NCBI GenBank assembly: GCA_016932735.1
Contig: JAFGCI010000006.1
Coordinates: 36,167 to 100,166 of the forward strand
From: Candidatus Aenigmatarchaeota archaeon
GTDB lineage: Archaea > Aenigmatarchaeota > Aenigmatarchaeia > QMZP01 > QMZT01
DNA length: 64,000 nucleotides
Direction of reading: 5' to 3'
Positions 18,599-24,707 of this stretch are shown piece by piece. Under the pieces are notes generated by a model. That model saw nothing but the letters and a program-made list of their open reading frames with translations, made no database searches and was not told the DNA's origin. Both the position numbers and the translations under genes were made by a program. Within the stretch, counting starts at the first letter, position 1, and each line of letters begins with the position of its first letter.

Positions 18599-18975
18599 CT
18601 CTTCTTATACCCAAACTTCTTCTCATAATCCCTGTGGTTCATGATATCTAATATCAAAGAAATAATCTCGACTTCGTTGCCTCTTATAGTATATATCATT
18701 CTCCATGCTCCCGAAAGGTTGATTTTCCACAGGTTGTTTACATCATAATTTTTGATATATTCTTTTGGTGTTCTGTCTTTCGGGATATGAATTCCATATT
18801 GCGGGTTATCTCTTAACAACTCGATTTTCTGTTTAATAGAGTTAAGAAGCGTTTGGTGGTCACTGTTAGTAATACCCTTGGAAATCTCTTCGCCTACGAG
18901 TTTGTTCAAATCATCAAACTCTTCTTTAGCTTCTCCGGTAATAATGACTTTGGTGATCTTTCCTTTGAACATCAC
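18595..18975 (-). CDS. RelE/ParE-family type II toxin
   Basis: C-terminal 'NLWKINLSGAWRMIYTIRGNEVEIISLILDIMNHRDY' matches the RelE/YoeB-fold pattern. A 4-nt ATGA overlap links it to the upstream ORF. Confidence 0.7.
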   Translation of the reverse strand: MMFKGKITKVIITGEAKEEFDDLNKLVGEEISKGITNSDHQTLLNSIKQKIELLRDNPQYGIHIPKDRTPKEYIKNYDVNNLWKINLSGAWRMIYTIRGNEVEIISLILDIMNHRDYEKKFGYKKS

Positions 18976-19244
18976 AACTCAACTCCCTCTTTTATCGCCT
19001 TGTCAAGTTTCGGGCTGGGATTGTATATCCATAAAATTCCTTTCCTGCCGTCAATTATTTTACCGCTGTTCTCTAAATAGCTTAATATGACATTCAGCGT
19101 TTGGTGCATTATTTTTACAGGCAGTTTTTTCTTTATATCTTCCCGTGTCATTAATTCATTTGATTCCTTTAGAACTTCTTCTACCATTAACACAGTCTTC
19201 AGATTCGGGTAATGAATGACCTCGGCTTTTTGCATACAAAACAC
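18972..19244 (-). CDS. putative cognate antitoxin (90 aa)
   Basis: Upstream of the RelE-like gene on the minus strand and overlapping it by 4 nt. No antitoxin family recognised. Confidence 0.45.
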   Translation of the reverse strand: MFCMQKAEVIHYPNLKTVLMVEEVLKESNELMTREDIKKKLPVKIMHQTLNVILSYLENSGKIIDGRKGILWIYNPSPKLDKAIKEGVEL

Positions 19245-19298
19245 CTTGTATAAACTTATATAATATTATATATAGAAATATATAAACTTTTGCTTTCG

Positions 19299-19312
19299 CC
19301 CCCCCCCGTTTT
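19299..19312. repeat. right inverted repeat CCCCCCCCCgtttt (C9) of cassette 1
   Basis: Perfect reverse complement of 16752-16765. The 12-mer gtgaaaaatcta at 19343-19354 is the reverse complement of tagatttttcac at about 16716-16727. Confidence 0.7.
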
Positions 19313-19634
19313 CAATAACTTTGCGAGTTGGTTAGCTGTGAAGTGAAAAATCTACTCTCGCCTTCGGCTCGGTTTCCCTGCGGTCAACGAGAAAAACAGG
19401 AAATATGCGGGAAAACTATACAAAGTTGTTGAATTTTCCCCAAATTTCAGCTTCGCTGAAACTATCGCATATTTCCATCGGTTATGCTCAATTGCGAATC
19501 CGCCTCTGGCGAGGTTACCATAGAAAATTCTCTTGTTGTTGCCTTCGTTAAAATTCACAAAACGAAAAAATAACGAAATTGCTTTGCAAATCGTCTAACA
19601 AAATTTTAACGAAATTTTTTCTTATCTTTAACAA

Positions 19635-19645
19635 GGGTTGCCGCC
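19635..19645. repeat. inverted repeat gggttgccgcc (preceded by ttttttctt) bounding cassette 2
   Basis: Reverse complement of ggcggcaaccc at 20990-21000, which is followed by aaaagaaaaaa. Confidence 0.6.
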
Positions 19646-19646
19646 T

Positions 19647-20468
19647 TTACTTATCTTTCTCAATCAATACAAATAACATTAGAAGAAGCATAGTAGACCT
19701 TTGTTCATTATCATAGTTAATCTCTCTTCCATGTAAAATTGGGTGTCTGAAATCCTTTGAATAAACATTACTTTTAGTATGCTCGCCGAATTTTGAAGAA
19801 TTATTAAAAATTTTTATAATTAGTTCTCCCAGCGAACATTCTATTGGTTTTCCATTTTTCCCTAAAATTAAATTCCCTTTAACATCTATCAGATTTTTGC
19901 TATTAAATTTATTCTCGATTAATCCTTGATTAATTCCAATATCCCAAAGTATACCTTCAATTTGCGATAACAAAAGAGGAATAGAGCTTATATAATCCTT
20001 ATTTTTATGATGCTGAATAGCCTTTTCTAAAATCTTTTCTCTTGCTTTAATAATCTTATCCGTTCTTACCTTTGAAATCAATTCATTCAATAACTTGTCA
20101 TCTTCAAAATCAGATATTAGTTGTTTCCATACTTCTTCTTTTCCGCTCGCTTTAAGCTTATCCTTGAGTTCAGAAGCGTAAGACATTGATATTGCTTCAA
20201 TCCACCCAAATTCTTTAAGAAATTCTTCCCAGCCTTTGAAATCAAAATTTTTTGCTATCTCAGTAAGAGGTTTTAATGATTGTGCAATTGATTGAGATAG
20301 TAATTGCATTCTTTTAAATGGTTCAGTAAGTGCTTCCATTTGTGCCTGAAATTGCAGATTGAATAATTGAATTGGTGCCAGAGAAATAGAAATTTTATCA
20401 TGAAGTTCTTTCATTATTTTGTTTATTTGATCCAGATTATTCATTTGTATCATCTTCAAGTTCTTCAT
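19647..20468 (-). CDS. hypothetical protein with C-terminal HEPN-like Rx4H motif (candidate Abi-like nuclease)
   Basis: 273 aa, AT-rich. 'SKDFRHPILHGREI' fits R-x4-H. Lies 18 nt downstream of the SHOCT gene on the same strand. Confidence 0.45.
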   Translation of the reverse strand: MKNLKMIQMNNLDQINKIMKELHDKISISLAPIQLFNLQFQAQMEALTEPFKRMQLLSQSIAQSLKPLTEIAKNFDFKGWEEFLKEFGWIEAISMSYASELKDKLKASGKEEVWKQLISDFEDDKLLNELISKVRTDKIIKAREKILEKAIQHHKNKDYISSIPLLLSQIEGILWDIGINQGLIENKFNSKNLIDVKGNLILGKNGKPIECSLGELIIKIFNNSSKFGEHTKSNVYSKDFRHPILHGREINYDNEQRSTMLLLMLFVLIEKDK

Positions 20469-20486
20469 TGTCCATTTAAGACAGAA

Positions 20487-20942
20487 TTATAATCCAAGCA
20501 ATTTTTTCTTTTTTTGCTCAAATTCTTTTTGAGTTATAACTCCTTTCTTCATTAAACTATATAATTTCTCTATCTCATCTGCATCGCTAGAAGTAGATTT
20601 TTCTGAAGAACTATTTGCTTTCTCAATGTGTTCTTTTATTTCAAGAGCCTTTTCGTAATTATCTTTACCATTGAACGAAACCGTATTTTCATCACTTACT
20701 GCATTAAAAACGCCACCTCTAGCCTCAATACCTCCTGGCAAGGAAAATTGAATATATCCTGCGGTAAACCCTGGTTTTTTAATCTGAATTGAGGTTATAT
20801 TTTTGAAGTAAATATCTTTCTTTCCTTTTAACCCATGAATCATGAAACCCATTGCTGTTCCTCTATCTAGCCTAACAAATTTTTCATAAAGTTCTATTCT
20901 TCCATTTGTTCCTTTGAATTCAATTATTGGTTTTTGTTCCAT
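20487..20942 (-). CDS. SHOCT-domain protein with N-terminal bPH/DUF4429-like domain
   Basis: C-terminal 'EIEKLYSLMKKGVITQKEFEQKKKKLLGL' is a typical SHOCT motif. Start set at the internal MEQKPIIEF. Confidence 0.6.
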   Translation of the reverse strand: MEQKPIIEFKGTNGRIELYEKFVRLDRGTAMGFMIHGLKGKKDIYFKNITSIQIKKPGFTAGYIQFSLPGGIEARGGVFNAVSDENTVSFNGKDNYEKALEIKEHIEKANSSSEKSTSSDADEIEKLYSLMKKGVITQKEFEQKKKKLLGL

Positions 20943-20989
20943 GATAACACTATTATATCTAAGGAATTTATAAATTCTTCTAATTGAAC

Positions 20990-21000
20990 GGCGGCAACCC
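20990..21000. repeat. inverted repeat ggcggcaaccc (partner of 19635-19645)
   Basis: See the partner repeat. Confidence 0.6.
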
Positions 21001-21251
21001 CCAAAAGAAAAAACTACGGCAACAACGAATTTTCGGCGGACTCGCAACTCGAAATTTTTGCCTTCGGCATTGTTGCACTAAAATTTCGTCCTAACGGAGA
21101 GCATAACAGGGCTTAACCGACTACGAAACCTTGCAGGTTTCTCCGACCCAAATTTTTTCTTCAGCTCTGTTCCGCTTCGCTCCACGAGGAAGAAAAAACT
21201 TCCCTTAAGCCCGATGTTATACGCAGTTTCTATAACTAAAAAACAAGTCTC

Positions 21252-21371
21252 TACATCAAATCAACAAAGCTCGACCTTCCTTCGCCTGCAATCTTCTTCT
21301 CCTTCTTCTTCGGCTTTTTCAGGTAAGACATTCTTGTCTTGACCTTCTTGGTGGAAGTTGGCGCTTTCATA
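21252..21371 (-). CDS. small basic ORF (39 aa, MKAPTSTKKVKTRMSYLKKPKKKEKKIAGEGRSSFVDLM)
   Basis: Hand translation of the minus strand. Lys-rich; could be a small ribosomal or nucleic-acid-binding protein, or spurious. Confidence 0.2.
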
Positions 21372-21463
21372 TCCAATAATTAGCATTAAGATTAAAAACA
21401 GTTTTGCATGAAAACAACGCCCAAATTTAAATATTCTTCCTGACAATAGGTATTGATATAAAT

Positions 21464-21673
21464 GGGCTCGTAGCTCAGCCTGGTGAGGCTTTAAGCCTTT
21501 AGGCAATTAGAGCACCAGACTCTTAAACCCAGGATATGCCGAATTTCCTTCTGGAAATGATGACTTGGAGATATCTGGGGGTCGCGGGTTCGAAACGGTA
21601 TTTGCAAAGTAATTTGTAAATGTGTTTCATGATGCACCATGCATCAGTTGCCGGTGAAATCCCGTCGAGCCCA
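21464..21673 (+). tRNA. tRNA-Lys (anticodon CTT) with three putative introns
   Basis: Exon 1 is GGGCTCGTAGCTCAGCCTGGT (21464-21484). Exon 2 is AGAGCACCAGACTCTTAA (21509-21526). Exon 3 is TCTGGGGGTCGCGGGTTCGAA (21574-21594). Exon 4 is TCCCGTCGAGCCCA (21660-21673). Spliced, they give a 74-nt cloverleaf with a 7-bp acceptor stem, D-stem GCTC/GAGC, anticodon stem CCAGA/TCTGG, loop CTCTTAA and T-arm GCGGG/TTCGAAT/CCCGT. The introns are about 24 nt (D-loop 20/21), about 47 nt (37/38) and about 65 nt (T-loop 59/60). Confidence 0.55.
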
Positions 21674-21676
21674 TTT

Positions 21677-22315
21677 TTATTTATCAGGAAGCCTGTTTCT
21701 TGTATTCCTTTCTACCTGCTTCTTGTAGCCGTAATCGACTTTCTTTGCTGTTGCGAAAAGGGCCGCCGGTATAGCGAATATTCCGATTGCGCTTTTCCAC
21801 GCGGCTTCCTGAACGGTTTTGGGCGGTTCTTTTAAGAAATAATTGGCCGTTGCCCCGACTGCGGCAGCTTCTGCAATCATGCCGGCTGGGTGCAAAATCC
21901 TTCTGGATGTGGTTTTGAACTTCCTCCTCACATGCTGTCCAAATCTTCTGAAATGGCTGTCATAATTGAAATTGCTCCTTCCTGTAATCCTCTTCCTGCT
22001 CTCGCTGTAATTGAAATACACGCGTCCCGTCTTGCCTGAGTCGTTGTTTGTGACGTAAGCAACACCATCATAAGAATCCGTTTTGTTGGTTCTTGCCCTG
22101 AATTTTTTATCTCCTGTAGCTATTTCTATAGTGCCAATACTGTAATCAACGCCAATCTTTCGTCTTGGGACAAGGCTGTTCCTTAGTTTGGTATAAATTG
22201 CAGAATGCTGATATCCTTTTAACCTGCTGGTTTGCTTCTTCGGGTCAAGATATACACTCTTCATTATTTCACCAATTACGAGTATTTTGTCACCAAATCT
22301 TATAAAACTAACCAC
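21677..22315 (-). CDS. hypothetical protein (212 aa)
   Basis: The ORF ends 4 nt downstream of the tRNA-Lys 3' end. Confidence 0.45.
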   Translation of the reverse strand: MVSFIRFGDKILVIGEIMKSVYLDPKKQTSRLKGYQHSAIYTKLRNSLVPRRKIGVDYSIGTIEIATGDKKFRARTNKTDSYDGVAYVTNNDSGKTGRVYFNYSESRKRITGRSNFNYDSHFRRFGQHVRRKFKTTSRRILHPAGMIAEAAAVGATANYFLKEPPKTVQEAAWKSAIGIFAIPAALFATAKKVDYGYKKQVERNTRNRLPDK

Positions 22316-22341
22316 TATAGAATGATAATTGGTGTGGTTTT

Positions 22342-22737
22342 ATGGCAGAGCTGTATTTGCATAAGATTCCTGCAGGAACAAGCAAAAGGATAGGCGGTGT
22401 AGTTTATTCTTTTAAAAAAGATTTTGTGATTCAAAGCACTTCAAGGAACATTGCTCAATCCCCGGGAAGCCCCCATTACGCGCGCTTCACCTTGGAGTCG
22501 GGAACCGTCATAGATGCGACAGGAAGAATCCCTGAAGATTGCCATGTTTATGTTACAGGGAAGGTGTTTGAAACATATAGAAGGCTTAGCAAAAAGAAGA
22601 AGAGGGCCGGAGAGAGTCCGTTTAAGATGGGTAATGAAGAAAGGATGGACTTAATGGAACTCTCTGAAATCGTCAACGAGGAGAAAGTCCGTAAAAAACC
22701 CGGAATCTGGAGATTGTTTCCGGTTATCGATTTCTGA
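22342..22737 (+). CDS. hypothetical protein (131 aa)
   Basis: ORF only. Confidence 0.4.
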   Translation: MAELYLHKIPAGTSKRIGGVVYSFKKDFVIQSTSRNIAQSPGSPHYARFTLESGTVIDATGRIPEDCHVYVTGKVFETYRRLSKKKKRAGESPFKMGNEERMDLMELSEIVNEEKVRKKPGIWRLFPVIDF

Positions 22738-22846
22738 AAACCAAATAAAGTATTTAAAGATTCCCATCCATATAAGATGACAGCTAACTCCACACATCTA
22801 TAAATAGATACGTCTATATAATGAAATTGTCTTTAGCGGTGGTTCC

Positions 22847-23188
22847 ATAACATTTGATATACTTGCGCATGAGCTCGTTCCTGATTTTAAGATTCTAAAG
22901 AAAGAAGAAAAAGCCAAAGTCCTGGAGAAATACGGCGTTGATGAGTCCAAAATGCCCAGGATACCTGATTCAGACCCTGTTGTACAGGTGATAGGTGCAA
23001 AGGTTGGCGATCTTCTTGAGATAACAAGGGCTTCAAAAACCGCGGGAACGTCTCTTTATTACAGGATCGTAACAGGCAAGAAGGTCGTTGTAGAGGAGCC
23101 TGCCGAAGTGGAAGAAGCCGTCGATGAGGAGCTGGAAGACGATTCTGATGATGAAGATTCCGACTCCGAAGGCGGCGATGAGGACTAA
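22847..23188 (+). CDS. rpoH: DNA-directed RNA polymerase subunit H (Rpo5/RpoH) with acidic C-terminal tail; start codon uncertain
   Basis: 'HELVPDFKILKKEEKAKVLEKYGVDESKMPRIPDSDPVVQVIGAKVGDLLEITRASKTAGTSLYYRIV' is the RpoH signature. The reading frame is open from 22808 but has no ATG/GTG/TTG before the conserved HELVP, so a non-canonical start such as ATA at 22847 may be used. A 33-aa D/E-rich tail follows. Confidence 0.75.
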   Translation: MTFDILAHELVPDFKILKKEEKAKVLEKYGVDESKMPRIPDSDPVVQVIGAKVGDLLEITRASKTAGTSLYYRIVTGKKVVVEEPAEVEEAVDEELEDDSDDEDSDSEGGDED

Positions 23189-23219
23189 AGTCCTCGTATA
23201 ATGATTATTAGAGGGGAGC

Positions 23220-24701
23220 GTGTACGGGATGCCATATATCGATATAATTGACTCTTTCTACAAGGAGAGGGGATGGGTAAAATTCCAGATTGAATCTTTT
23301 AATAATTTCATTGATTTCGGGCTTCAGAAAATCATCAATGAGGTCGGAACGATAAACATAGGACAGGAAGGTCTTGAAGACTTCAAGATAAGGTTCGGGA
23401 AAGTCACTGTCGGGAAGCCGGCGATAAAGGAAGCGGACGGTTCCGTAAGGATGATATACCCTAACGAGGTCAGGACAAGAAGCCTGACATACATAGCTCC
23501 GGTCCATGTCGAGATTATCCCTATTTTCAACGGCGTCCAGGAGAGGAGCGAGACTGTCCATATAGGCGATCTTCCAATCATGATAAAGTCGAAGCTCTGC
23601 AACATCACGAACCTCACTGAGAATGAGCTTGTCAAATACGGCGAGGATCCTTCCGACCCGGGCGGGTATTTCATTATAAACGGCACGGAAAGAGTCCTTA
23701 TTCTGATTGAGGAGATTGCATCGAACAAGCCCATATTCGAAAAGACCGAAGACGACGGGGCCATTAAGGTCAGAGTCAATTCGCAAAGAAGCGGATTCAA
23801 GCAGAGGCATCTGGTCGAGATGACGAATTACGGCGAGATAACGATTTCCTTTGCCAATATACACAAGCTTCCCATTGTTGTTCTGTTAAAATCGCTCGGT
23901 GTTGAAACCGATAAAGACATTTGTTCTATGATTTCTTCCGATGAAAAGATGCTGAATGCATTTTATGTGAATCTATATGAAACCAATGTCATAAGCATGG
24001 CCGAAGCCGTGGATTTCATAGGAAGGAAGCTGAAGATATCCGAGGATTACAGGGTTGAGAGGGTCAGCCAGATTCTCGACCGTTACCTGCTTCCGCATCT
24101 GGGACAGGATCCTGCGGATAGGTTAAGGAAGGCCAAATACCTTTCAAGAATAATTAAGAGGACTATCAAGGTCCAGATGGGCGATGCTCCGAGGGATGAC
24201 ATAGACCATTATTCCAACAAGAGGCTGCTAATGTCCGGAAATCTTCTGGAAAACCTTTTCCGTTCCATCCTTTTAGGAAGGTGGGGCCTGATAGCAAAGA
24301 TGACTTACAACTATCAGAAGCTTATCAAAAGAGGGAAAATCCCGTCTCTGCAGTCTATAATTGAAGCTAATACGGTAACGAAGCAGATACTTTCATCGCT
24401 AGCGACGGGAAACTGGATAGGAGGCCTTACAGGCGTTTCACAAAGGCTTGACAGAGGCTCCCACAGGAAGACCGTCTCCCATCTGAGGTCGGTGGTATCG
24501 CCGCTGACAACAACCCAGGAGCATTTCAGGGCGCGTCAGATTCATCCGACAGAGTGGGGACGACTTTGCCCGGCCGAGACGCCGGAAGGTTCTTCAATCG
24601 GACTGAGAAAGCATCTTGCTTTATTGAGCGAGATAACCCCCGGTTTATCGATTGAAGAGGAAAGGGGCATAATGAAGCTTGTCGAGGGCAAGTGCAGTTA
24701 A
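23220..24701 (+). CDS. rpoB2: RNA polymerase subunit B'' (N-terminal part of split RpoB)
   Basis: Shows the conserved N-terminal RpoB/Rpb2 regions. It sits immediately upstream of B'. Confidence 0.9.
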   Translation: MYGMPYIDIIDSFYKERGWVKFQIESFNNFIDFGLQKIINEVGTINIGQEGLEDFKIRFGKVTVGKPAIKEADGSVRMIYPNEVRTRSLTYIAPVHVEIIPIFNGVQERSETVHIGDLPIMIKSKLCNITNLTENELVKYGEDPSDPGGYFIINGTERVLILIEEIASNKPIFEKTEDDGAIKVRVNSQRSGFKQRHLVEMTNYGEITISFANIHKLPIVVLLKSLGVETDKDICSMISSDEKMLNAFYVNLYETNVISMAEAVDFIGRKLKISEDYRVERVSQILDRYLLPHLGQDPADRLRKAKYLSRIIKRTIKVQMGDAPRDDIDHYSNKRLLMSGNLLENLFRSILLGRWGLIAKMTYNYQKLIKRGKIPSLQSIIEANTVTKQILSSLATGNWIGGLTGVSQRLDRGSHRKTVSHLRSVVSPLTTTQEHFRARQIHPTEWGRLCPAETPEGSSIGLRKHLALLSEITPGLSIEEERGIMKLVEGKCS

Positions 24702-24707
24702 GGTGTT

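Noticed and set aside
19352-19558. 68-aa minus-strand ORF in the inter-cassette spacer
   Set aside because: It lies inside a repeat or hairpin-rich non-coding region, shows no coding periodicity and has no SD.
21261-21506. 81-aa minus-strand ORF overlapping the 5' end of tRNA-Lys
   Set aside because: It overlaps the tRNA gene. A different-frame 39-aa Lys-rich ORF is slightly more plausible but still weak.
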